The position numbers and the translations under genes are program-made. Under the pieces are notes generated by a model. The model saw only the letters and a list, made by a program, of their open reading frames with translations. It made no database searches and was not told the origin of the DNA. From contig CBDCDC010000001.1 in assembly GCA_965215195.1 (NCBI GenBank), forward strand, positions 288,001-352,000: a DNA stretch of 64,000 nt. The letters are read 5' to 3'. Positions within the stretch are counted from its first letter, which is position 1. Each line of letters opens with the position of its first letter. This DNA is from Candidatus Latescibacterota bacterium. Lineage in GTDB: Bacteria > Latescibacterota > UBA2968 > UBA8231. Of this stretch, positions 48,998 to 59,382 are shown piece after piece.

Positions 48998-50536
48998 TCA
49001 GGCCGGCTCCGCGTCAAAGGCCACGACGTTGCGCGCCTCCTTGCTGAACTCCACGCCGATCAGGTGGATCGGCCAGCCCAAGTGGCGGTATTTGTCCGCG
49101 TAGCCCTTGGCCTTCAACTGCGTCATGGCCGCCCCGGTGGCGTCCTGCTCCACCACCTTGAACTCGAACAGGTACACGTTGCCTTTGAACTGCACCGCCA
49201 AGTCCAAGCGCCCCCGGTTGGAACTGTCCTCTACCGTCGCATCCAGCCCCGCCCCTTCGACGTAGCCGTAGAACACGCTCGCGTAGTAGCCCTCGTACCG
49301 GGCGATGTCGTTGTTCGCGTACCACTCGTAGGGGATGCTGTCGAAGAACGCCTTGAACAGCGCCTCCACGCCAGCGAAGTCGTTGGCCGCCAGCCGCCGA
49401 CGCAGCTCGTCGCCCGTCGCCAGTTCGTGCGCGTCGCGCGGCACCGCCGCCCGCAGCAGGCGTCCGACTAGGCCCCGGCGTACCTCCCGGTTCGGGTAGC
49501 CGAGGCGGTAGCGCGGCAGCCTAGTCGGGTCGTCCGCCCCTTCCACGCCCTTGACGGTGAGGTAGCCGGTCTGGAACAGCAGCGCCTCCGGCTCCATGTC
49601 GTCCACGTCAAAGGCGGACAGCAGGTCATCGGCGGCACGCAAGTCCTCCAGCCTCGGAAAGTATAGGCCGAGCCGGAACAGCCGCTCGATCAGGAAGGCG
49701 GGTGTGCCGGTCTCGAACCAGTGCGCCTTGAACTCGCGCGTGTCGAACAGCAGCAGCACGTCGAAGGGGTTGTAGACGTTGTCCGCACCCCGCCAGTTGT
49801 AGCCGTCATACCAAGCGCGGATGGCGTCCCGATCCAAACCCGGCAGTTCCGGCGCGAACACCGCATCCAAGTCGGCCTCCGTATACCCGCACAGGGCCGA
49901 GTAGCGCGGATCCAAGGTGAGATCGAAGAGGTTGTTCAGACCCGAAAACTTGCTCACCCCTGTCAGCAGGGTGAACCGGACATCCGCGTCGCAGAACTTG
50001 ATGGTGCCATACAGGCCGCGCAGGTAGTCGCGGTTGGCGCGAGCCACCGCCGGCTTCTCCAGCGCGTCCAAGATGGGCTTGTCGTACTCGTCCACCAAGA
50101 CGACGACGGAGCGCCCGCCGCGCTCGTGCAACGTCTGGATCAGATGGACGAACCGCTCGGGAGCGCCGTCGTGCTCGCCGACCACCGACGCCCGGCGTTC
50201 AAGCGCACCAAGCTGCGCCATCGTGTTCCGGTGCAGGTTCTCAGGCTGAGTGAAGTCCCCGCCGCTGAAGTCGAGGCGCACCACCGGGTGGCCTGCCGAC
50301 AACACCGGATGGGCTTCGGCGGCCAAGCCCCGGAACAACTCTTCGCCCCCTTCGAACAGTTCCTTGATGGTGTCCACCAGCAGGCTCTTGCCGAACCGCC
50401 GGGGGCGCGACAGGAAGTAGTGTTTGCCGCCGTCGACCAGCCGCCGGATGTAGCCGGTCTTGTCGACGTAGTAGTAGCCCCCCTCGCGGATCTCGCGGAA
50501 GGTCTGGATGCCGAGGGGCAGCTTGCGCTTCGCCAT
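48998..50536 (-). CDS. AAA-ATPase-like + PD-(D/E)XK nuclease protein (type A)
   Basis: LPLGIQTF, YVDKT, SRPRRFGKS, LVDEYDKP, YNPF, WFETGTP, EGYYAS, GRLDL and FEFK motifs. Confidence 0.92.
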   Translation of the reverse strand: MAKRKLPLGIQTFREIREGGYYYVDKTGYIRRLVDGGKHYFLSRPRRFGKSLLVDTIKELFEGGEELFRGLAAEAHPVLSAGHPVVRLDFSGGDFTQPENLHRNTMAQLGALERRASVVGEHDGAPERFVHLIQTLHERGGRSVVVLVDEYDKPILDALEKPAVARANRDYLRGLYGTIKFCDADVRFTLLTGVSKFSGLNNLFDLTLDPRYSALCGYTEADLDAVFAPELPGLDRDAIRAWYDGYNWRGADNVYNPFDVLLLFDTREFKAHWFETGTPAFLIERLFRLGLYFPRLEDLRAADDLLSAFDVDDMEPEALLFQTGYLTVKGVEGADDPTRLPRYRLGYPNREVRRGLVGRLLRAAVPRDAHELATGDELRRRLAANDFAGVEALFKAFFDSIPYEWYANNDIARYEGYYASVFYGYVEGAGLDATVEDSSNRGRLDLAVQFKGNVYLFEFKVVEQDATGAAMTQLKAKGYADKYRHLGWPIHLIGVEFSKEARNVVAFDAEPA

Positions 50537-50820
50537 GGGCGGTTGGGGGTTCGGGCTTGGCTGGGTGGGCTTCATCCGCGTGGCTCGCCGGGGTCGAGTA
50601 CGGGGGTCATCGGCGACGGGATGCCGCGGTGCCCGTCCCGGAAGTGCATACTCGTCGCTTCGGTGCCTCCATGACGCACTAATCTATACCACGGCAACGC
50701 GATACATCCGAGCGCAGCAGCGGGCAACCGGCAGCGGAAATTGGTTGGCAACCCACGTTTCACGCTTTGTTCCGCTCCATTGGTTGAACTACGACAACAC
50801 CGTGGTTTGCCGGCACTCGA

Positions 50821-52224
50821 TCATCTCCGGGGCAGCTTGACCTTGCGTTCAGATGAAGATAGCGAGACCTCAGCCTCCCCTTGGTGCTTCGGGCGGCGCA
50901 GCCGGTAACTCTGACGCAGTATCGAGATCGCGAACGGGGTAATGACCAGTAAGCCGACCAAGGCGGACAGCGTTCTGGCCCATGCCGTTCCTGCCGCGCC
51001 GTATTTAGGCACCAGCCACGCCATGGCGGCAAGGAAAACTGCCAGGCTCGCTATCCCCGACAGCAGGGACGACCAGATACGCCCGGTCGCTTCAGGCAGC
51101 AGTCTGTATGCGGCGGCGGTGGGGAGTGCCCCCAGAATCAGTATCAGCATCAGTGGGGCCACGCCGGCGAACTCTTCTCCCAGTACGAGCCGGATTATAG
51201 GCTCGCGAAAGACGGCAAGCAGCCCGAATCCGGCGACGGCCAACGCACTTGCTAGGACGGTGACGCGGAGCGTGGTGCGTCGCAACGCCGCTCCTTGCCC
51301 TGCGTACCATTGACTGCTGTATTCAGGCTTCACCGCATTGGGTATCAACCCGATTGGGTGTCTTGCCATGTCCACAATCCTTCGCGCCGGGCGGTACAGC
51401 CCTACGTCGGCTGCCCCAGCGAACTGTGCCAGCAGGATGACGTCCATGTTATTAACCAAATTAGTTATTTTTAGATACCAGAACGCTCCGGCGTAGAATC
51501 GCGCCATATCCGGCGGGACTTTGAACGACGCCGAGCGCAGGAAGCCCGACAGACCCGCCCGCGGCGCGGACAGCGCGGCCGCAGCGAACATCCCCAACCC
51601 ATCCACCGCGGCCATGGCGACATTCACCAATACTACTTCAGTCATCCCGCCTCCCGTCAACCACACTTCCGCTAGCAGTCCGACTCCGGCCAGTCTGCTT
51701 GCGACAGTGACAAGCAGGTGGAGTTGCACCCGGTCAGCCAACCGCAGCACCGCCAGAGCCTCTATATTCATAGCCGTCAAAACGCCGACAGAGCCGTACA
51801 GGAGCATAATGTCTTTGGCAGCCTCGCCGATATTTAGCAGATGTCCAGCGGTAAAGGTGAGGATGACAAGGACGGCGTAGGCAATGAGCGCCGGCCCCAG
51901 CGAGGCGGCCAGCGCGAAGCGAAGTACGCGTACGCCCTCGTCGGGGCGTCCCTCGGCTACTGCCCGCGTTGCGAAGATTGTAATGACATGGCCGCCCGGC
52001 ATGGCCGCAAATCCGTAGATGAGACCGGTAAAGGCGAAGATTACGGATAGGATGCCCAATCCCTCCACGCCGAGAATCCGGGCGTACAGGGACATCATTG
52101 CCAGTCCACTCAGCACCTGGACCGCCAGCGCGGTGCCCATCCAGAAGGCCTGCCGCATCGTGCGCCGCTCCGCAGCCGTGGACGCCCGCACAATCAGGGA
52201 CTTCACTCGGCTCGTGGACGCCAT
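50821..52224 (-). CDS. Wzx-like polysaccharide flippase
   Basis: ARILGVEGLG, DVILL....AADVGLY and LVPKYGAAGTAWA motifs; 12-14 TM segments. Confidence 0.85.
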   Translation of the reverse strand: MASTSRVKSLIVRASTAAERRTMRQAFWMGTALAVQVLSGLAMMSLYARILGVEGLGILSVIFAFTGLIYGFAAMPGGHVITIFATRAVAEGRPDEGVRVLRFALAASLGPALIAYAVLVILTFTAGHLLNIGEAAKDIMLLYGSVGVLTAMNIEALAVLRLADRVQLHLLVTVASRLAGVGLLAEVWLTGGGMTEVVLVNVAMAAVDGLGMFAAAALSAPRAGLSGFLRSASFKVPPDMARFYAGAFWYLKITNLVNNMDVILLAQFAGAADVGLYRPARRIVDMARHPIGLIPNAVKPEYSSQWYAGQGAALRRTTLRVTVLASALAVAGFGLLAVFREPIIRLVLGEEFAGVAPLMLILILGALPTAAAYRLLPEATGRIWSSLLSGIASLAVFLAAMAWLVPKYGAAGTAWARTLSALVGLLVITPFAISILRQSYRLRRPKHQGEAEVSLSSSERKVKLPRR

Positions 52225-52260
52225 TCGTTCAATACCCGGCTTGATGGCTGCGGACCGTCC

Positions 52261-53121
52261 TCAAGCCGGCGAATAGCCGCCAAGCTCCAGGTCGGCCGCA
52301 TACCGCGTACTCAGCAACGCCCGGTTCCGTTCGTTCAGGTGAGAGCGCATCACCGACCTAGCGGTTTGCAGAGCCTCCGGCGACAGCGGTTGCCATCCCG
52401 CCATCGTGTTCAGCATCGGCAGTTCCGGCGGCGGCATACCCACGCGCTTGGCGACCTGCTGCAAATCCTCGTTGATGTTCTCAAACCGTCCAACAAAATC
52501 GGGAAAACGCCCGTCATCGAGGCGTATCAGGAGGTGCTGGGAGCGAAAGTGCCGATCGGCGAACTCGTCAGAGCCGTATGGCGTATTCAGCCACCGGCAG
52601 TAGTCGTCGAAACTGCTGGCCTCCTCCAGTCCATAATACCAGTCGAAAAAGCTCTGCCGTTTCTCCTTTTTGGGCCGGCGCTGCGCTCCCTGATAGCGCT
52701 CGGGGGCGAAGTGGATTTCCGAGTAAAACGAGAGGGCCCGGTCAAAAGGATGCCTGATGAACGCGAAACTAAAATAATCTCTCGCTTCTGGATACAGCGC
52801 ATAAATTTCGGAGACGCTTTTGCCGCGGATGACTTCTGCGCCAGGGTCCGCGCTGCACAGCGCGGCTATGGTACTCCGCGACGCCGCCTTTGGGTTGCAT
52901 ATCCACAGATACCGGTACTTGCGGGAGACGATCTTTTCCGCCCGGAGGTCTGGCGTCCGCGCCGCCATATACGCTATGTGCCGCACTTGGTTGAAGTTCC
53001 CACCCCACAACGCGCTTACAATGTCTGCGGCGACGCTGCGATGACGAAGCGACGTAGAAGCGAGGGCGGCCGCTATTTTCAGACGACGTATCAGTACGCG
53101 GATTTTCAAGCAGTCATTCAT
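52261..53121 (-). CDS. Sulfotransferase family 2 (carbohydrate sulfotransferase-like)
   Basis: 5'-PSB NPKAASRST, 3'-PB FIRHPFDRALSFY, HFRSQ and DFVGRFEN motifs. Confidence 0.88.
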   Translation of the reverse strand: MNDCLKIRVLIRRLKIAAALASTSLRHRSVAADIVSALWGGNFNQVRHIAYMAARTPDLRAEKIVSRKYRYLWICNPKAASRSTIAALCSADPGAEVIRGKSVSEIYALYPEARDYFSFAFIRHPFDRALSFYSEIHFAPERYQGAQRRPKKEKRQSFFDWYYGLEEASSFDDYCRWLNTPYGSDEFADRHFRSQHLLIRLDDGRFPDFVGRFENINEDLQQVAKRVGMPPPELPMLNTMAGWQPLSPEALQTARSVMRSHLNERNRALLSTRYAADLELGGYSPA

Positions 53122-53713
53122 CCCTTGGAATCGTCGCGAGCAAATAGTAAAGAAACGTTCCAGGCGCAACCTCCGTACAATCAAGCCACCAGCTCAATTT
53201 GTACACGGGTACAAGGCCCTCGTCTATTTCCTGTTTCATACCAGCGGAAATTGGTTTGAGAAATCCGGCAAGTCCACCCAACTCGCTGAGCCCGGTCGCC
53301 CTCACCTTCGGCGTTTGGTCCCAGATTTGTCGGAAGCTCGGGTCCTTCTTACAGCATTTTTTGAAGATAAAGCCCATCCATAGTGAGTGAGCAACTTTAA
53401 GCACATCCCTGAAAAGCGGCGATAGCAGGAACACGGGGAAAGTTCGCATCAACATTCCTAGGGGGTACAGCGGATAATCGATGGCGCGGCGCAGCCGCTC
53501 ACGCCCCAAGTGCCAAGCGGCCTCCATCAGTCTTGCGATGCTCGGGCGGCGCGGCAGCGACCGCTTTGCGATGCTCGAGGCGGCTGCGACCGCCATAATT
53601 GCGGCGGGGAGTCCATCCAGTAAGCATGAGCTTCATGCCTCCAAATATCCACCAGCGGGTTGCCCGGTGCGGCGGCCATAAACCACACATTTGTAGGTAC
53701 TCGTTCCATAGTT
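53114..53713 (-). pseudogene. Capsular polysaccharide synthesis (Caps_synth-like) C-terminal remnant, frameshifted
   Basis: WFMAAAPGNPLVDIW...YW in one frame and D..F...W..TPK...PVYKLSW in another; the 5' part is replaced by the AAA gene. Confidence 0.65.
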
Positions 53714-55507
53714 TCAAGCCTCAAGGTCGCCCTCGGCCGCTTCGCAGGCCACCATCTCCCAACCGTGGAATACGACGGCCACGCCGACATGCTGCACCGA
53801 CGGATGGCGGCGACGCAGGGCTTGATCCGCCAAATAGCACCGCAGTTGCTCTTTGGCCGCCCGCGTGGTGTCGGCCAGTAGGGCCTCGCTCAGAGACTCG
53901 CTGCGTTTGATGTACTTCAGTTCGATCACATAGGCGTAGGCCACGCGGGGAAACCGGGCGAGGAACGGTTCGAGGTAGAGGTCTGCGACACCCATGTTCA
54001 GTTCATGCTCCGAATGAAGCAGGAAGTGATCCGTCATGCTGAAATGCGCCGCGACGAAAGCTTGCACCACCTTCTCGCCATCGATGTAGTCGCGAATGCC
54101 GGTCTGCTCCCTGATCGCGTCGCGCAAGAACGCCAAGGCCGGTCGCCAAGCACCGTCGTAGGCCATCTTGCGTACTAAGCCGGCGAAGGTGTAACGGCTG
54201 ACCGAGTAGGCCCCCACGTCGCGGTAGGCGCTGTGCAGGTAGCCGTACATCAGCCGCCAGACGGTTTGGTTGGGAACGCCCAGCAGTGTGTCGTCCGACG
54301 CGCCGCGAATGCTCAACAGCCCGAAGTAGTACATCAGGGACAGAAAGTTGTCGGGTTCGTTCAGTTCCTCCACCGGGAAACTGGGCTGGATCGCCGCCTC
54401 CGCACGTCCCTCGCCGATGACGTCGCGCAGCAGGTCGAAGTTGCCGTTCAGACGCACCGCCCCAGCGGCTCGTGCGCGCACCGTCGTTTCCTGCCCGACC
54501 ACCAGCAGGTGGCGCAGCTTGCCGTAGTCGATGCGGACGTTGTGGTCGATCAGCTGATCCGGCATGTGCCCCAGCGAAATGGACTTCTTTATGTAATAGA
54601 GGACCATGTCCGTGTTGTAGAGGTCGCCCGTGGCCTCCCTAGCGAACCGATAGCCATTGTACCACTCGCGCATCACGTCCAACGCCGCGTCTACGTCCTG
54701 GTCAAACACGCCGTGCTCCCGGCAGGTCTCCAACAGCCCCCGCACCTCGTCCTCGGTGAAGCCGACCATCTCGTTGAACTCCGGCTCCAAGCTGAGGTTG
54801 CTGCCGATGTTGAAGCCGCTGGTGACATCGTCGAGGGTTACGGGCGACACGCCGGTGAGGAATAGCCGCTCAATGCCGCCATCTTCCTCTGTCCCGGCCT
54901 TGAGCGTGGCGAAGAAGCTGCGATAGAAGCCCCCGCCGTGCGTGAGAGACTGGTACGCCGCCTCGCCGTGATGCGCCAACACGGTGTTGGCGAAGTTGTC
55001 GTACTCGTCCACCAGCACGTAGAGCGGAACGTCGTGATCCGCGGCATGGGAGAACAACTCGTTGAGCTGGCCGCTGATCGCGTCCGGCGCGAGGATGCGC
55101 CGCAGCACCGCCTCGGGGAACAGGTCCGGGTTGCGCTCCAGCGCGGCGCGCAGCCGGAGCTGACAGTACTCCTCAAAGTATTCCTCCAACGTGTCCAAGG
55201 CGTTCTTGAACGCCGAGAAGTTGAGACGCAAAACCACGTAGCGGCTGTGGTCCGCCGTGGGGCACCGGCCGATGTCGGTGCCGGCGAACACGGCGTCGAA
55301 ACTGGCGGCCTTGGCGCGGTCATAGTAGTGGTCAAGCACCGACACCCAACTGGTCTTGCCAAAGCGCCGAGGGCGAATCAGCACCACGTAGCGCTCGGCC
55401 TCCAACCGGTGCAGGAACCGCGTCTTGTCCACCCAAAGCGCCCGCTCGAGGCGAATGGTCTTGAAGTTGGTCTCGCCGTAGGGAACGCGAGGATAGGACG
55501 CGGGCAT
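53714..55507 (-). CDS. AAA-ATPase-like + PD-(D/E)XK nuclease protein (type B, copy 1)
   Basis: VPYG..NF, VDKT, RPRRFGKT, VDEYDNFAN, SGFNI, WYNGY, ADL and IELKY motifs. Confidence 0.92.
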   Translation of the reverse strand: MPASYPRVPYGETNFKTIRLERALWVDKTRFLHRLEAERYVVLIRPRRFGKTSWVSVLDHYYDRAKAASFDAVFAGTDIGRCPTADHSRYVVLRLNFSAFKNALDTLEEYFEEYCQLRLRAALERNPDLFPEAVLRRILAPDAISGQLNELFSHAADHDVPLYVLVDEYDNFANTVLAHHGEAAYQSLTHGGGFYRSFFATLKAGTEEDGGIERLFLTGVSPVTLDDVTSGFNIGSNLSLEPEFNEMVGFTEDEVRGLLETCREHGVFDQDVDAALDVMREWYNGYRFAREATGDLYNTDMVLYYIKKSISLGHMPDQLIDHNVRIDYGKLRHLLVVGQETTVRARAAGAVRLNGNFDLLRDVIGEGRAEAAIQPSFPVEELNEPDNFLSLMYYFGLLSIRGASDDTLLGVPNQTVWRLMYGYLHSAYRDVGAYSVSRYTFAGLVRKMAYDGAWRPALAFLRDAIREQTGIRDYIDGEKVVQAFVAAHFSMTDHFLLHSEHELNMGVADLYLEPFLARFPRVAYAYVIELKYIKRSESLSEALLADTTRAAKEQLRCYLADQALRRRHPSVQHVGVAVVFHGWEMVACEAAEGDLEA

Positions 55508-55853
55508 GATCACCTCTTGTAGGGAACAAGTGCTCAAGAACGGAACGACTGGCGACGCTCGTTCCATGGAAAGCGGCGGGCTTGAGGGGCACTCATGTAC
55601 GGCTGCTGGCTTCTCGACAAAGCCTTATTGCCGAAGTCCTGAGCGCAGCCGAAGGGTTGCCGCCCGGTACGCGGGCAGCTTGCCCGCCAACAAGGAATAT
55701 TGTGTATCAAGTGTATCAATTCTTACGGCTATATAATTCAATGGAATGGAGCAATGGCGTCCTCAGCCCAGCCATGCAGCGCGTTGCAGTGCTTCGCGGA
55801 CCGCTTCATGTGCGAGGTAGGAATATGCCTCTGCGACCTCCTTGCTCCATGTT

Positions 55854-57641
55854 TCAAGCCTCAAGGTCGCCCTCGGCCGCCTCGCAGGCCACCATCTCCC
55901 AACCGTGGAACACGACCGCCACGCCGACGTGCTGCACCGACGGATGCCGGCGGCGCAGGGCTTGGTCCGCCAAGTAGTGCTGCAGTTGCTCTTGGGCCGC
56001 CCGCGTGGTGTCGGCCATCAGGGACTCGCTCAAGGTCTCGCTGCGCTTGATATACTTCAGTTCGATCACATAGGCGTAGGCCACGCGGGGAAACCGAGCC
56101 AAGAACGGTTCGAGGTAGAGGTCTGCGACACCCATGTTCAGTTCATGCTCCGAATGAAGCAGGAAGTGATCCGTCATGCTGAAATGCGCCGCGACGAAAG
56201 CTTGCACCACCTTCTCGCCATCGATGTAGTCGCGGATGCCGGTCTGCTCCCTGATGGCGTCGCGCAGGAACTCCAAAGCCGGGCGCCAAGCACCGTCGTA
56301 GGCCATCTTGCGTACTAAGCCGGCGAAGGTGTAACGGCTGACCGAGTAGGCCCCCACGTCGCGGTAGGCACTGTGCAGGTAGCCGTACATCAGCCGCCAC
56401 ACGGTTTGGTTGGGAACGCCCAATAGCGTGTCGTCCGACGCGCCGCGAATGCTCAACAGCCCGAAGTAGTACATCAGGGACAGAAAGTTGTCGGGTTCGT
56501 TCAGTTCCTCCACCGGGAAACTGGGCTGGATCGCCGCCTCCGCACGTCCCTCGCCGATGACGTCGCGCAGCAGGTCGAAGTTGCCGTTCAGGCGCACCGC
56601 CCCAGCGGCGCGTGCGGCCGTTTCCTGCCCGACCACCAGCAGGTGGCGCAGCTTGCCGTAGTCGATGCGGACGTTGTGGTCGATCAGCTCCCGCGGCATG
56701 GGCTCGTTCGGCACGGACTGCTTGAGGTAGTAGAGGACCATGTCGGTGTTGTAGAGATCGCCCGTGGCCTCCCTAGCGAAGCGGTAGCCATTGTACCACT
56801 CGCGCATCACGTCCAACGCCGCGTCTACGTCCTGGTCAAACACGCCGTGCTCCCGATACGTCTCCAACAGGGCGCGCACCTCGTCCTCAGTGAAGCCGAC
56901 CATCTCGTTGAACTTGAGCTTCAGGCTGATGTTGCTGCCGATGTTGAAGCCGCTGGTGACGTCGTCGAGGGTCACCGGCGACACGCCGGTGAGGAACAGC
57001 CGCTCAATGCCACCGTTCCCCTCTGTCCCGGCCTTGAGCGTGGCGAAGAAACTGCGATAGAAGCCCCCGCCGTGCGTGAGGGACTGGTACGCCGCCTCGC
57101 CGTGATGCGCCAACACGGTGTTGGCGAAGTTGTCGTACTCGTCCACCAGCACGTAGAGCGGAACGTCGTGATCGGCGGCGTGAATGAACAACTCGTTGAG
57201 TTGGCCGTTGATGGACTTGGGTGCCCGGATGCGCCGCAGTGCCGCCTCGGGGAACAGGTCCGGGTTGCGCTCCAGCGCGGCGCGTAGCTGGAGCTGACAG
57301 TACTCCTCGAAGTATTCCTCCAACGTCGCCAAAGCATTCTTGAACGCCGAGAAGTTGAGACGCAAAACCACGTAGCGGCTGTGGTCCGCCGTGGGGCACC
57401 GGCCGATGTCGGTGCCGGCGAACACGGCGTCGAAACTGGCGGCCTTGGCGCGGTCATAGTAGTGGTCGAGCACCGACACCCAACTGGTCTTGCCAAAGCG
57501 CCGAGGGCGAATCAGCACCACGTAGCGCTCGGCCTCCAACCGGTGCAGGAACCGCGTCTTGTCCACCCAAAGCGCCCGCTCGAGGCGAATGGTCTTGAAG
57601 TTGGTCTCGCCGTAGGGAACGCGAGGATAGGACGCGGGCAT
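55854..57641 (-). CDS. AAA-ATPase-like + PD-(D/E)XK nuclease protein (type B, copy 2)
   Basis: Near-identical tandem paralog of 53714-55507. Confidence 0.92.
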   Translation of the reverse strand: MPASYPRVPYGETNFKTIRLERALWVDKTRFLHRLEAERYVVLIRPRRFGKTSWVSVLDHYYDRAKAASFDAVFAGTDIGRCPTADHSRYVVLRLNFSAFKNALATLEEYFEEYCQLQLRAALERNPDLFPEAALRRIRAPKSINGQLNELFIHAADHDVPLYVLVDEYDNFANTVLAHHGEAAYQSLTHGGGFYRSFFATLKAGTEGNGGIERLFLTGVSPVTLDDVTSGFNIGSNISLKLKFNEMVGFTEDEVRALLETYREHGVFDQDVDAALDVMREWYNGYRFAREATGDLYNTDMVLYYLKQSVPNEPMPRELIDHNVRIDYGKLRHLLVVGQETAARAAGAVRLNGNFDLLRDVIGEGRAEAAIQPSFPVEELNEPDNFLSLMYYFGLLSIRGASDDTLLGVPNQTVWRLMYGYLHSAYRDVGAYSVSRYTFAGLVRKMAYDGAWRPALEFLRDAIREQTGIRDYIDGEKVVQAFVAAHFSMTDHFLLHSEHELNMGVADLYLEPFLARFPRVAYAYVIELKYIKRSETLSESLMADTTRAAQEQLQHYLADQALRRRHPSVQHVGVAVVFHGWEMVACEAAEGDLEA

Positions 57642-57976
57642 GATCACCTCTTACAGGAAACAACCTTTGGTAGTTTGATTTTTCTAATTTTTAACGGGTG
57701 TTACGCAATTTACCGGAAAATGCTTCTTTCTGCCACAATATGTTGTATATCCGGCCGGCGTTACGCACCCGCCGCCTCAAAGGCCACCAAGTTGTGCGTC
57801 TCCCTGCTGAATCGGCTAGCCGATTCGCGTAGCCGCGCTCCCCATCCTTCCGCATCTACACCTGTCGGTCGCTGCATCAACGGCGTATTTCACCGCGCCT
57901 TGTTCACACCAACAAGCCCGCAATTAGGCGTCAACAGCATCCCATACCTACGTCAGTGAGTGATTTTGAATGCAGG

Positions 57977-59365
57977 TCACACGGCGGCGTCCAGTGCCGG
58001 ATGCGGCAGGTTGAGGTCCTCGATGCCGGCCAAGGCCGGGTTACAGCCGGCGCTCACCTTGTCAGCCTGCGCGAGGAAATGGTCATCCGACATATCCCAT
58101 GTGTGGAGATAGCCGTGCCGCACCAGCATAAAGCCGGCTCCGTGGGTGCGGTAAAATCGCCCGCCGGCCTTAACGACATCTTGCCACAGTGCCTCATCTA
58201 CATGGCGCGGCACCCGCCTCCAGCCGCCCGCACGGGCCAGATCCTGGCGGGAAATTAGCAGCGTACCCCCGGCTAGGCCCGCCGTCACATAGCGCTCGTT
58301 ACCTCCATTGAACCGGTAAACGGTCTGGTCCGTCCTAGCCAGATAGACGAACTCGTGGAATTTGCCCACCAAGTGTGCGCCCGAATACTCGCGCGCCAGC
58401 ACGAGGTCCCACAGATGGTCGAGACCGTACACATCGTCGTCGTCCATCTTGGTCAGCAGCGTCCCGCTCGATGCCTCCGTGGCCGCATTGAGTACGCCGC
58501 CCAGCGGTTCGCTTGCGGGCATTTGCAGCACCTTGACCGGATGCGGCAGTTCGGCGACGCGCCGCTCGAGCTCTGCAAAGCCCTCGCCGTGCTGCACCAA
58601 CACCAACTCCAGCCGAGGATAGCTCTGCCTCGCAACGCTGTTAAGCGCGTGCGGCAAAAACCCGGGTCGCTTGGTCGCCAGCAGGATCGATACCAAGGGC
58701 AGCTCCTCCGTCCCAATCTGCCGGGTGCGCCCCCAAGACGAATGGTCGCGCAGGGCGGCGCGGCGCATCCCGATGCTGAGCAGTTCGCGGGCGTTGGCGT
58801 CAATGCCCCTCACGTCCGTGGTCATCAGCCGGTAAAGGTCGTCGCCGAGCAATGGCTGCAGCCGTTGCGCGCCGTCCGCCAGATGCACCACTACGCCAGC
58901 GGCGGCCAAGCGTACCAGTTCGCCGGCGTGCGCGACGGCGTCAGCGTGGAACGCCGGCACATCTTCGAGGTGGTGGATTCGGCGAAGCCGGCCGAGATTG
59001 CGCCGGTGAATGACGCGGTGCGCCTCAACGCCGGACGGCAGCCACTCAACCGGCCCCAGCGCCGCCACTTCGCTGCCGATGTCGCGTTGCCATCCAACCG
59101 GATTGTAGGCCCGCAGGTCAAAGGCGGGCACTGATTCGCCGGGCGCACCTATCATCCGCGGAGCTTTGGCCCGCCTCCAGCGGCTCCGCATTGAACTCTG
59201 GAGGTGCCACCAAGCCACCCGCCGCTTGTAGGGTAATCGCCGCCAAACTTGGACGACCAATCGCTTCAGTAAGAACCACGCCCATGCGCGGCCATGGCTT
59301 TCCCGCATCCTGTTGTGCAAGTTGAGCAAGCGGTCCCATTTGGTTGAAGGCGTCAATTGGGCCAA
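57977..59365 (-). CDS. GT2-like glycosyltransferase, probably 5'-truncated
   Basis: LPLVSILLAT.RP, QSYPRLELVL, KMDDDDVYG and GGW...DE motifs; weak TTG start. Confidence 0.8.
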   Translation of the reverse strand: MAQLTPSTKWDRLLNLHNRMRESHGRAWAWFLLKRLVVQVWRRLPYKRRVAWWHLQSSMRSRWRRAKAPRMIGAPGESVPAFDLRAYNPVGWQRDIGSEVAALGPVEWLPSGVEAHRVIHRRNLGRLRRIHHLEDVPAFHADAVAHAGELVRLAAAGVVVHLADGAQRLQPLLGDDLYRLMTTDVRGIDANARELLSIGMRRAALRDHSSWGRTRQIGTEELPLVSILLATKRPGFLPHALNSVARQSYPRLELVLVQHGEGFAELERRVAELPHPVKVLQMPASEPLGGVLNAATEASSGTLLTKMDDDDVYGLDHLWDLVLAREYSGAHLVGKFHEFVYLARTDQTVYRFNGGNERYVTAGLAGGTLLISRQDLARAGGWRRVPRHVDEALWQDVVKAGGRFYRTHGAGFMLVRHGYLHTWDMSDDHFLAQADKVSAGCNPALAGIEDLNLPHPALDAAV

Positions 59366-59382
59366 TACTCACCTCCGCCGCA

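Noticed and set aside
44100-50800. Integron cassette array
   Set aside because: No integrase and no convincing paired RYYYAAC/GTTRRRY attC sites; the units are broken genes.
53714-57641. DGR template/variable repeat pair
   Set aside because: This is a whole-gene duplication, the differences I compared are not adenine-specific, and there is no intact reverse transcriptase.
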